NCBI GenBank assembly: GCA_028826165.1
Contig: JAPDFW010000051.1
Span: forward strand, 1 to 44,512
DNA length: 44,512 bases
From: Anaeramoeba ignava BMAN
Taxonomy: Eukaryota > Protista > Anaeramoebae
Direction of reading: 5' to 3'
The notes below the pieces were generated by a model. The model saw only the letters and a list, made by a program, of their open reading frames with translations. It searched no databases and was not told the origin of the DNA. A program made the translations under genes and the position numbers. The stretch's first letter is position 1; each line of letters opens with the position of its first letter. Positions 20,606-32,990 of the stretch are shown here, in pieces.

Positions 20606-22845
20606 ATGATAGAAAAAGAAGCAAAAAATTTCCTTATAAATTTTGCCAATCAAACTGTTCCCATTCAAATTAAATCAAACTTATCTAATTTTATAGCACT
20701 TACAACTGGAGACAAAGAAGAATATTCAAAATTACATCAATCCAAATTAGAACTTCATAAAATTTATTCAAATCCAGAAACGTTTGAAATTATGAAGAAA
20801 TTTAAAGAATCAAAAGAGATTTCTGATTCAATGATTAAAAGAGAAATTGAGGTTCTTTATCCAGAATTTGTTGAAAATCAAGGTTCAAAATTAAAAGAAG
20901 AGATTTTAACAATTGAGACTGAAATTCAAGAAGTTTTTTCGAAGTTTCGAGTTAATTTTAAAGGGAAAGAGATTAATGATAATGAAGTTGATAAAATTTT
21001 GATTGAATCTATTGATAATAAGGAGTTAGAAGATGTATGGTTTGCAAGTAAACAAATTGGAGGAAGAGTTGCACCTACTGTTTTGAAGCTTGTTAAATTA
21101 CGGAATAAATTAGCGAATGAATTAGGTGAATTAATAATATTAATTTTATAAATTTGATTATAAATGAATATTATAAATGAATATTATAAATGAATATTAT
21201 AATTGAATATTATAAATGAATATTATAAATTGAATTTTATAATTGAATATTATAAATCAATTTTATAAATGAATATTATAAATGAATATTGTAATTGAAT
21301 ATTATAAATCTATATTATAAATGAATATTATAAATGAATATTATAAATGAATATTATAAATTAATATTATAAATGAATATTATAAATGAATATTATAAAT
21401 GAATATTATAAATTGAATATTATAAATGAATATTATAAATGAATATTATAAATGAATATTATAAATGAATATTATAAATGAATATTATAAATGAATATTA
21501 TAAATGAATATTATAAATGAATATTATAAATGAATATTATAAATGAATTTTATAAATGAATTTTATAAAATGAATATTATAAAAGAATATTATAAATTGA
21601 ATATTATAAATGAATATTATAAATGAATATTATAAATTAATATTATAAATGAATATTATAAATTAATATTATAATTGAATATTATAAATGAATATTATAA
21701 GTGAATATTATAAATGAATATTATAAATTAATTAATTTTATATCAATTTTGAATACTCAAAAGGTTTCGAGAATTATTACAAAATGGCAATGCAACTTTC
21801 AGAACAAGATCCAAATCACATCAATAAAATTTTTGATGAATTAGAAAAACTAACAACTCCAAACTTTAAAAAACAAAAAGAACAAATTGATAATTTTTGC
21901 TCAACAAAATACAACATAAAAAAAGAAGAATTAATGGTTTGGCATTATCAAAACAGATTTTTCCAAGCTCCACCACAAATCCATAACGAAGACATGAATA
22001 AATACTTCACAGACAAAGATATTGTTGAGATCACAAAGAATTTCTATTCAAATAATTACGATCCAAAAAGTGTCAAAGAAATATTTGAAAAGAGTAGTCT
22101 TTTCCCAAAAGAAAACAAGTACCAACATGCATGTTGTTTAAGTATCGATAACGGAATTGATACTCGAGTTATTTGCAATGTTGTTCCAAATTATTACTGG
22201 TTCTCAACACTTATTCATGAATTTGCACATGCAATGACTTGCAAATTTGTCGAAGAATCACTTCCTTGGATTCTTCGCACTTACAATCACTTGATCACAA
22301 CTGAAGCTGTTGCACTTCTTTATGAAGATCTTGCAAGCAATGCAAATTTTCTAGTTGGAATTGGAATTCTTCCTAAAAATGAGGAAAAAAAAACAGGCGT
22401 TATTTTGGATCAAATAAGAAAACTTAAACAAGTTGTTTTTGCTCAATTTTCTCAAGTTATGTTTAGATTCGAACAAGAATTATATCAAAAAGAATTAACT
22501 GAAAAAGAAGCAAATATTTTATGGTGGAATCTTGTTGAGAAATATCAATTACTCAAAAAACCTCCTAATTATGAAAATGTTTGTGGTTGGGCTTCTAAAA
22601 TTCATCTTGCGCTTAATCCTTGTTATTATCATTTCTATTTGATTGGTTTTCTTATTCAATCTCAACTCAAAGATTTTATTCTTTCTAATTTTGGAAATAA
22701 TTGGATTGAAAATTTGAAAATTTCCGATTATTTAATCCAGAATGTTATTCGTCCTGGGAAAACAATTTCTTGGTTAGAATTGGTTAAGAAAGCAACAGGA
22801 AAAGAATTATCATCTGAAAGTTATATCAAAGAATATCTTAATTAA
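20606..22845 (+). CDS. Zinc metallopeptidase, gluzincin M3/M2 (oligoendopeptidase/peptidyl-dipeptidase-like) family. Exons 20606-21125 and 21764-22845
   Basis: HEFAH zinc motif with downstream TTEAVA third ligand. LVKLRNKLANELG|FENYYKM is continuous across a phase-1 intron. Also WWNLVEKYQ, WASKIH and PCYYHFY. Confidence 0.9.
21158..21730. repeat. 13-bp minisatellite (ATAAATGAATATT)n filling the peptidase intron
   Basis: Roughly 40 or more near-perfect units read directly. Confidence 0.95.
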
Positions 22846-22905
22846 TTTTTTCACAATATTTTCCATTTCTTTTATGAATGATTTCAATAAAAGTTTTCTC
22901 TTCTT

Positions 22906-25331
22906 AATTTTGATTAAATTTTGATTAAATTTTGATTAAATTTTGATTAAATTTTGATTAAATTTTGATTAAATTTTGATTTAATTTTGATTTAATTTTG
23001 ATTTAATTTTGATTTAATTTTGATTTAATTTTGATTTAATTTTGATTTAATTTTGATTTAAATTTTGATTAAATTTTGATTAAATTTTGATTAAATTTTG
23101 ATTTAATTTTGATTTAAATTTTGATTTAATTTTGATTTAATTTTAATTAAATTTTGATTAAATTTTGATTTAAATTTTGATTTAATTTTGATTTAATTTT
23201 GATTTAATTTTGATTTAATTTTGATTTAATTTTGATTTAATTTTGATTTAATTTTGATTTAATTTTGATTAAATTTTGATTAAATTTTGATTAAATTTTG
23301 ATTAAATTTTGATTTAATTTTGATTTAAATTTTGATTTAATTTTGATTTAAATTTTAATTAAATTTTGATTAAATTTTGATTTAAATTTTGATTTAATTT
23401 TGATTTAATTTTGATTTAATTTTGATTTAATTTTGATTTAATTTTGATTTAATTTTGATTTAATTTTGATTTAATTTTGATTTAATTTTGATTTAATTTT
23501 GATTTAATTTTGATTTAATTTTGATTTAATTTTGATTAAATTTTGATTTAATTTTGATTTAATTTTGATTTAATTTTGATTTAATTTTGATTTAATTTTG
23601 ATTAAATTTTGATTTAATTTTGATTTAATTTTGATTAAATTTTGATTAAATTTTGATTTAATTTTGATTTAATTTTGATTAAATTTTAATTTAATTTTAA
23701 TTTAATTTTGATTTAATTTTGATTTAATTTTGATTAAATTTTGATTTAATTTTAATTTAATTTTGATTTAATTTTGATTAAATTTTGATTAAATTTTAAT
23801 TTAATTTTAATTTAATTTTGATTAAATTTTGATTAAATTTTGATTAAATTTTAATTAAATTTTGATTTAATTTTAATTTAATTTTGATTTAATTTTGATT
23901 TAATTTTGATTTAATTTTGATTAAATTTTGATTTAATTTTGATTAAATTTTAATTTAATTTTAATTTAATTTTGATTTAATTTTGATTAAATTTTGATTT
24001 AATTTTGATTAAATTTTAATTAAATTTTGATTTAATTTTGATTTAATTTTGATTTAATTTTGATTAAATTTTAATTTAATTTTGATTTAATTTGATTTAA
24101 TTTTAATTTAATTTTGATTTAATTTTGATTAAATTTTGATTAAATTTTAATTTAATTTTGATTTAATTTTGATTTAATTTTGATTAAATTTTGATTAAAT
24201 TTTGATTTAATTTTAATTTAATTTTGATTTAATTTTGATTAAATTTTGATTTAATTTTAATTTAATTTTGATTTAATTTTGATTAAATTTTGATTAAATT
24301 TTGATTTAATTTTGATTTAATTTTGATTAAATTTTGATTTAATTTTGATTAAATTTTGATTTAATTTTGATTTAATTTTGATTTAATTTTGATTAAATTT
24401 TGATTTAATTTTAATTTAATTTTAATTTAATTTTAATTTAATTTTGATTTAATTTTGATTAAATTTTGATTTAATTTTGATTAAATTTTGATTTTTAATT
24501 TTGATTTAATTTTGATTTAATTTTGAGTTACCAATTTTGATTAAATTTTGATTTAATTTTGATCAAATTTTGATTTAATTTTAATTTAATTTTGATTTAA
24601 ATTTGATTTAATTTTGATTAAATTTTAATTAAATTTTGATTTAATTTTAATTTTAATTTAATTTTGATTTAATTTTGATTAAATTTTGATTTAATTTTGA
24701 TTAAATTTTGATTTAATTTTGATTAAATTTTGATTAAATTTTGATTTAATTTTGATTAAATTTTGATTTAATTTTGATTTAATTTTGATTAAATTTTGAT
24801 TTAATTTTGATTTAATTTTAATTTAATTTTGATTTAATTTTAATTAAATTTTGATTAAATTTTAATTTAATTTTAATTTAATTTTGATTAAATTTTAATT
24901 AAATTTTGATTTAATTTTGATTAAATTTTGATTTAATTTTGATTTAATTTTGATTTAATTTTGATTTGATTTTGATTTAATTTTGATTTGATTTGATTTA
25001 ATTTAGATTTAATTTTAATTTAATTTTGATTTAATTTTGATTAAATTTTGATTTAATTTTGATTAAATTTTGATTTAATTTTAATTTAATTTTGATTTAA
25101 TTTTAATTTAATTTTGATTTAATTTTGATTTAATTTTGATTTAATTTTGATTTGATTTGATTTAATTTAGATTTAATTTTAATTTAATTTTGATTTAATT
25201 TTGATTAAATTTTGATTAAATTTTGATTTAATTTTGATTAAATTTTGATTTAATTTTGATTAAATTTTGATTTAATTTTAATTTAATTTTGATTTAATTT
25301 TGATTAAATTTTGATTTAATTTTAATTTAAT
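22906..25331. repeat. 2.4-kb 11-bp satellite, consensus TTTTGATT(T/A)AA, about 220 units
   Basis: Direct reading. Variants are almost confined to G/A at position 5 and T/A at position 9. Confidence 0.97.
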
Positions 25332-25477
25332 TCGCTTTTCTTCTCCTTTTCTTTTCAATTTCAATTTCTTCTCCTTTTTTTTTCTTTTTTTAAATGTTAT
25401 CTTTTAAGAAAAAACAAAAAGAAAAAAAAAAAGCAAAAAATTTTTTACATTTTTTTTTCATTTTTCAAAATTAACAA

Positions 25478-28002
25478 ATGTTAAAAATAAAAACAACAAA
25501 TTCCTTAGTGACCCCATTGCTAACGGATAAATATCAGTTAACAATGGCATATGCATATTGGAAATCAGAAAAGCAAAATCAAGATGCAGTATTTGATTTA
25601 TTTTTTCGAAAAAACCCATTCAAAGGAGAATTTACAGTATTTGGAGGATTAGACGAAGTTATCAAATTCTTGCACAACTTTAAATTCCAACAAGATGATA
25701 TTGATTATCTTAAAACAACAATGCCAAATTGCGAACAAGGTTTCTTTGATTATCTCCTTTCTTTAGACGTTTCAAAAGTCAAACTTTTTGCTATTGATCA
25801 CGGTACAATTTGCTTTCCAAAAATTCCGTTAGTTCGTGTTCAAGGTCCTCTTGCTGTTGTTCAACTTTTGGAAACTCCCCTTTTAAATCTTATTAATTAT
25901 CCAAGTTTGATGGCTACTAATGCTGCTAGATTTAAACTTGCTAGTGGTCCTAAAGTTACTTTGTTGGAATTCGGTTGCAGAAGAGCTCAAGGTTTGTTTT
26001 CTTAATATAAGTCAATTTTATTTCAATTTTAAATTAATTTTAAATCAATTTTAAATCAATATTAATTCAATTTTATATTAATTTTATATCAATTTTATAT
26101 CAATTTTAAATCAATTTTAAATCAATTTTATTTCAATTTTATTTCAATTTTAAATCAATTTTAAATCAATTTTATATTAATTTTATATCAATTTTAAATC
26201 AATTTTAAATCAATTTTAAATCAATTTTAAATCAATTTTATATCAATTTTATATCAATTTTAAATCAATTTTAAATCAATTTTAAGTTAATTTTAAATCA
26301 ATTTTATATCAATTTTATATCAATTTTAAATCAATTTTATATCAATTTTAAATCAATTTTATATCAATTTTATATCAATTTTAAATCAATTTTATATTAA
26401 TTTTAAATCAATTTTAAATCAATTTTAAATCAATTTTATATCAATTTTATATCAATTTTAAATTAATTTTATATTAATTTTAAATCAATATTAATTAAAT
26501 TTTAAATAGGACCTGATGGTGCAATTTCTGCTTCTAAATATAGTTTTGTTGGAGGTTTTGATGCGACAAGTCATGTTGAAGCAGGAAAACTTTTTGGAAT
26601 TCCAATTCAAGGAACTCATGCTCATTCATTTGTTTCTTCATATATGGACTTTTCTGATATTAAAAATCCAACTTTAAAAGATTCAAAAGGAGAAAAAGAA
26701 GGTTTGCAAAAATAAAATATTTAAATCAAATTAAATCGAAATCAAATTAAATCAAATTAAAATATTTAAATCAAATCAAATCAATTCAATTCAAATTAAA
26801 TCAAATAAAATATTTAAATCAAATTAAATCAAATTAAAATATTTAAATCAAATTAAATTAATTTAAAATAAATCTAAATTAAATTAAATTAAATCAAATA
26901 AAATATTTAATTCAAATTAAATCAAATTAAATCAAATTAAATCAAAATTAAATCAAAATTAAATCAAAATTAATTTAAAATAATTAAATTAAATTAAATT
27001 AAATCAAATTAAATCAAATTAATTCAATTCAAATTAAATCAAATTAAATGAAAATATTTAATTTAAATTAAATTAAATTCAAATCAATTTGAAAAAAAAA
27101 AGTCAATTTTGTCGAATTCACACTTGAAGCAAGAAAAGAAACAGGATATTTAAACACAAACGATTCTGAATTAGCAGCATTTATTGGATATGCACTATCA
27201 TTTCCCGATGGATTCCTAGCATTAGTGGACACATATGATACACTTTTAAGCGGAGTACCAAATTTCTTAACAGTAGCATATTCACTGCACAAATTAGGAT
27301 ACAAATCAGTTGGAATCCGTTTAGATTCTGGAGATCTAGCAGAACTTTCGAAACAATCAAGAAAAATGTTTACTGAATGTGGAGAAAAATTTGGAGTTGA
27401 TTATTTCAAAGATTTTTCGGATTGTTGCCAGTAACGACATTAACGAACCTGCTATTCATAAATTGAATGCAAATAATCACGAAATCAACGTGTTTGGAAT
27501 CGGTACTCATTTGGTTACTTGCCAAGCACAACCTGCTTTGGGATGTGTTTTCAAGCTCGTAGAAATTGATGGAGTTCCAAGAATTAAATTATCAAACGAA
27601 TTGATTAAAATCACAATTCCAGGAAAAAAAGAAGCTTACCGACTTTTTGGAAAGGATAATCAACCGCTTCTTGATGTTTTAGTTAAAACTGATTCTGAAC
27701 AGATTCCTAAAGTTGGAGAGAGATTTTTATGCAGAGATCCTGCAATTGAATCAAAAAGAATGGTTGTTACTCCTTCAAAAGTTGTTCCTCTTCATTCTTG
27801 CTATTGGGATGGTAAGCAAGTTAAGGATGTTCCTTCTCTTGCTGAGACTAGAAAGTTTGTTCTTCAACAATTGGAAAATATTAATCCTGTTCATCTTGAT
27901 TTGTTAAAGCCTAAACAATATCCTGTTACTTTGAGTGATGAACTTTATCATTTCCTTCATGATCTTTGGTTGAAAGAACAACCACCTATTGAGCTTAAAT
28001 AA
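25478..28002 (+). CDS. NAPRT: Nicotinate phosphoribosyltransferase. Exons 25478-25991, 26510-26701, 27103-28002, with one frameshift near 27415
   Basis: [24 protein letters not shown]|[69 protein letters not shown]. Confidence 0.97.
26012..26505. repeat. 11-bp minisatellite (TCAATTTTA[A/T]A)n in NAPRT intron 1
   Basis: Direct reading. Confidence 0.9.
26720..27088. repeat. 5/10-bp repeat (AAATTAAATC)n in NAPRT intron 2
   Basis: Direct reading. Confidence 0.85.
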
Positions 28003-28585
28003 TTTTCCATTCCAAAAATTCAAAATCAAAATTAAAATTAAAATTAAAATCAAAATTAAAATCAATTTTAAAATTAAAATCCAATTCAAAATTAAAATTA
28101 AATTCAAAATTAAAATTAAAATCAATTTTAAAATTAAAATTAAAATTAAAATTAAAATTAAAATTAAATTCAAAATTAAAATTAAAATTAAAATCAAAAT
28201 TAAAATTAAAATTAAAATTAAAATCAAAATCAAAATTAAAATTAAAATTAAATTTAAAATTAAAATTTTGCTTTTTTTTAATAAGGGAAAGAAAAGAAAA
28301 AAATTTTTTTAATTAATTAATTAAAAGAAAAGAAAAAATTTTTTTATTTCAAATTTTTTTTTTCATTTTTCTTTTTGTTTCTTTTAATTAATTAATTAAT
28401 TTTTATTTTTAATTTTAATTTAAAAAAAAAAAGAAAAAAAAATTTTTTTTTAACAACTTGTTACAAAAAAAAAAAACAAAAACTGTTGTTTATTCAATTG
28501 ATTTGATTTATTGAATTGATTTGATTTATTCAATTTATTTTATTTCAATATAATTTATTTAAATAATAAAAATAATAAATTTAAA

Positions 28586-31500
28586 ATGGGAGGTTGTTCA
28601 TCAAAAAAGAAAAACCCAATTGAAAACTTAGGATTTGTTGGAATGAAACTAGACAAAGTGCCAGGAATCATAAAATTATGCTATCAATTAAACTCATTAG
28701 ATTTAAGCGACAACAAAATCAAAAAACTGCCTAATGCTTTAGTGGAACAGGATTCAATTACGAATTTCACGTGGAAAAACAACAAATTGAAGAAAATTCC
28801 AAATAATTTATTTGACATGAAAAATATTCAATATTTGGATTTAAGTATGAACAAAATTGAATCGATCCCGGACAAAATACAGAAACTCACAAAGCTCATA
28901 GAACTTGACTTGCACGAGAATTCCATTCGTTCGTTTCCCGAACTCAGCTTTGGCTATTTGTCGTCTTTAAGAAAACTGAACGTCTCGCGGAACTGCATTG
29001 AGAAAATACCGGAATGTTTTCAAAATTTAAATAGTCTTCGCGAACTTGATTTAAGTGGGAATTATTTGTGGATCGTCCCAATGCACTTCTCAAGACTAAC
29101 TGCCCTGGAGGTTCTTAACGTCTCCCACAACACCATAAAATCCCTTGAAATTGGAACCGGTTTAGAAGGTCTTGTTTCGTTAAATCGGTTTGATTTTTCA
29201 TTCAACTTAATCGATAGTATTCCGGAATCGATTGCTCATTTGCATAATATAAGAGTCATACTTGGCGAATCGAACAATATATCGATCATAAACAATGAGT
29301 TTGGAAACTTGCAGAACTTATCCCAGCTTTCTTTGGAAAAAACAAGTTACGAGCTTTACCTGAAAATTTCGAAAATTTAAATTCTTGTCTTTTGGAACTA
29401 AATTTGAGATCCAATGAATTCACTATTATTCCCGATGTTATTAATAATCTTTCTTCTCTCCAGCTCCTGATTCTTTCTCACAACACCATTTCCACTTTTT
29501 AGTCTTCATCTTCCAAAACTATTTGAACTCGACTTGGCATATAACAATTTGGAATTTTTCTCCGATAACGCTTTTGCGGATCTGGGACTTCTTTCCAAAA
29601 TCAATTTATCGAACAATCTTATTCGAGGGTTGCCACCATCAATCTCCGAAATGGCAAACTTGATTATTTTGAATTTATCAGGAAACCAACTTGAGACACT
29701 ACCAAAAGAAATCGGATTTCTCACAAGTTTGGCCGAATTGGATCTTTCTTGCAATCAACTACGCGTTCTTCCTGAAGAGATTGGCAAGCTTGATTCAGTT
29801 TACAAGATGATTCTGAACAACAACAAACTCTCATCACTTCCAGAATCCTTCTCAGAAATCAAAAGCTTGAGCGCACTTAATATTTCTTCAAATTTGTTCA
29901 CTTCGATTCCTTCATCTGTTTTCTCACTTCCAAGACTACAGAAGCTATATGCCTCGCACTGCCGCTTGCGTATCGTTCCTTCAAACTTCATGCTCTTAAT
30001 GACTCTTAAAGAAATCAATCTCAGTGACAATAGAATCATGTTCGTTTCTCCATTAGTTGGAAGTATGCGATCCCTGTCAGAAATCAATCTTAGTAATAAT
30101 AAAATTACCGAAATTCCTGACGCATTTTTTGAACACGGTTCATCCTCAAAAACTTCCTTGACAAAAATAGATCTATCTCACAATAAAATCGAAAAATTTA
30201 ATCCTTTATGGTTCAATTTGGTAAACTTGCAAGAACTTGATCTTTCTCATAATAAAATCTCAGAAATTCCATCCGAAGGTTTTGAAAACTTCCACAATCT
30301 CGAATCACTCAAACTTTCCTTCAATAATTGCATGAATTTAGACTTATCATCTGCCAAGAAAATTGCAAAACTTCAATTTTTACATTTAGAAGGAAATTCA
30401 CTTTCTTCCTCATTTGAGAATCTTCTCATAAAAATATCCTCCAAAAACCCCCAGCAATCTACATATAAACGAACAAACGAAAAGCCTGAAGTTCTCATAC
30501 CTCGTCTCTATACACAGCGTTCACGCGCTTTGATTTCAACAGGAAATACGCCACCTTCGTTTGATTTCCCTAATATAAAAGAAATTCTTATTAATCCCCA
30601 AAATTTTACTTCTTTTGCAAGAAATATTTTTTGGAAAAGTTCCCGTTTCAATATCGGTTATTGTGAAACAAAAGGAAGAAGAATATCAATGGAGGATAGT
30701 GTTGATATTCGTGGAAATTTCGCAAATTTTTCAAATGTTGATTTTTTTGCTGTTTATGATGGTCATAAAGGTAGATTTACTGCTGATTTTCTTGCTGCTG
30801 TTTTTTCTGATTTGTTTAAGGAAAAATTACTTAAATTATTTCCTTCTTTGAAAAAAAATACCACTTCATTTGATTATTCGAAAGTGGATTTAAAAGAGGA
30901 AGAAGAATATGATAATATTTTATTATCGAATCAAAATGAAAATGAAAATCAAAATCAAAATCAAAATCAAAATCAAAATGAAAATCAAAATCATAATAAT
31001 AATGAAAATCAAAATGAAAATCAAAATAATAATGAAAATAATAATGAAAATCAAAATCAAAATCAAAATGAAAATCAAAATCAAAATCAAAATCAAAATC
31101 AAAATCAAAATGAAAATCAAAATCATAATAATAATGAAAATCAAAATAAAAATCAAAATAATAATGAAAATAATAATCAAAATCAAAATTTAAATGAAAA
31201 TCAAAATCAAAATGAAAATCAAAATCAAAATGAAAATCAAAATGATAATGAAAATAAAAATCAAAATGAAAATCAAAATCAAAATTTAAATGAAAATCAA
31301 AATAATAATGAAGCATTGGAGCTCGATATTCAAGAAAACCCAAAAACAACATCCAATAACAAAAATCAATATCAAACATTACAACAAAAACTAACACTTC
31401 AAGAAGAAGAAAAATTTATACAATTACGACAAACATTTTATGAATTATATATTGAAATAAACAAAAAACTTGAAAAAATACAAACGGAAAGTGGAGCAAC

Positions 31501-32659
31501 AGCAGTAACATGTTTAATAGTAGAAAACAAATGTTTCACAATAAACGTTGGGGATTCAAGAGCAGTTCTAAGCCGAGGAACAAAGGCGTATCGACTGTCA
31601 TTTGATCACAAACCCAACGAACCTGAAGAGCAAGAAAGAATAAGAAAATTAGGAGGAATTGTGACTCGAGATGGAAGAGTTAACGGAATAATTGGAGTTT
31701 CAAGATCAATCGGTGATTTTTCATTTCAACCGTTTGTTTCATGTGAACCTTATGGATTTTCTTTTGAAATTCAAGAAAATGATGACTATCTCATATTGGC
31801 TTGTGATGGTGTTTGGGATGTTCTTAATGATCAAGAAGTGGTTGATATTGTGAATTCAATTAAAAATCCTTCAATCGCTGCTTTTTATCTTAGAAATATC
31901 GCTTTTTCAAAAGGAAGTAATGATAATATTTCTGTTGTTGTTGTTGATTTGAAACCAAAAAAAACTCGTGATTATTTCAAACAAAATCAAGACTTGATTT
32001 CTCAACTCGAACTCAAAGAAGAACAACTTGCTCAACAAGAATATAAAAATGATCAAGAAAGTACAAATTCTATTCAGTTACTTTCAAAAAAATTGTTTGA
32101 ATCTTCTCCTGATCTTCAAGTTGATGAACAGAATAATGATAATCTTGATTTGAATTTTGGTGATTTTCCCAAAAATAGCTTTATTACAAATCCTCGAAGA
32201 AGATATTATGATAAACCTCAATTTTTAAATTTAGATTTTGAAGAATATAATGATGAAAATAATGAAAATGAAAAAGATGAAAAAGATAAAAATGATGAAA
32301 AAGAAAATAATGATAATAATGAAAATGATAAAAATGATGAAAAAGAAAATAATGAAAATGATAAAAATAATGAAAAAGAAAATAATGAAAATAATGATAA
32401 AAATGATAAAAATGAAAATGATAAAAAAAATGATGAAAAAGAAAATAATGAAAATGATAAAAATAATGAAAAAGAAAATAATAATGAAAATGATAAAAAT
32501 GATAATAATGAAAATGATAAAAATAATGAAAATAATGAAAATGATGAAAAAGAAAATGAAAATAATGAAAATAATGATAAAAATAATGATGAAAATAATG
32601 AAAATAATGAAAATAATGATAAAAATGATAATAATGAAAAAGATGAAAATGAAAATTAA
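28586..32659 (+). CDS. LRR + PP2C (PPM) protein phosphatase, PHLPP/Cyr1-like LRR-PP2C module. Intronless, with two compensating homopolymer frameshifts (~29340, ~29498)
   Basis: More than 20 LxxLxLxxNxL repeats. PP2C motifs GRRISMED, FAVYDGHKG, SGATA, INVGDSRAVL, LSFDHKP..PEEQERI, VSRSIGD, LILACDGVWDV, GSNDNISVVVV. N-terminus MGGCSSKKK. Adding one A and removing one T joins the 28586 and 29534 ORFs through intact LRRs. Confidence 0.92.
30929..31310 (+). repeat. Coding (CAAAAT/GAAAAT/AAT)n tract inserted within the PP2C domain
   Basis: N/Q/E-rich peptide lying between the DGH and SGATA motifs, with an internal block duplication. Confidence 0.9.
32240..32656 (+). repeat. Coding N/E/D/K low-complexity C-terminal tail
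   Basis: NDKNNEKENNE-type repeats. Confidence 0.9.
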
Positions 32660-32990
32660 TCTCAAAAAATTAATAACTTCAAAATCTATTTCCATTTAAT
32701 TACTTTGATATTCTTATTTTATTTTCTTTTCTTTTTCTTTTTGTTTTTGTTTTTGTTTTTGTTGTTTTTGATTGAAGAAATTAATTGATTTTTAAATTAA
32801 TTTTTTTTTTATCAAAAATGAAAAAGAATGAAATGAAAAATTTAATTGATTTCTTTTCTTTTGTTTTGTTTTGGTTTTTATTCCTTTTAATTAATGATTT
32901 TCTTCTTAAATTTGAAAAGAAAAAAAGAGATTTTGAAATTGAATTTGGAAATTAAATTGAATTTAATTGAATTGAAAATTGAATTGAAAA

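Noticed and set aside
22906-25331. Possible CRISPR array or telomeric repeat
   Set aside because: There are no unique spacers or cas genes, the context is eukaryotic, and the array is internal, flanked by genes and lacks a G-rich strand.
30860-31480. Intein or intron explaining the insertion in the PP2C domain
   Set aside because: There are no intein terminal motifs (N-terminal Cys/Ser block, His-Asn end) and no suitable GT-AG pair. The frame is open and low-complexity throughout.
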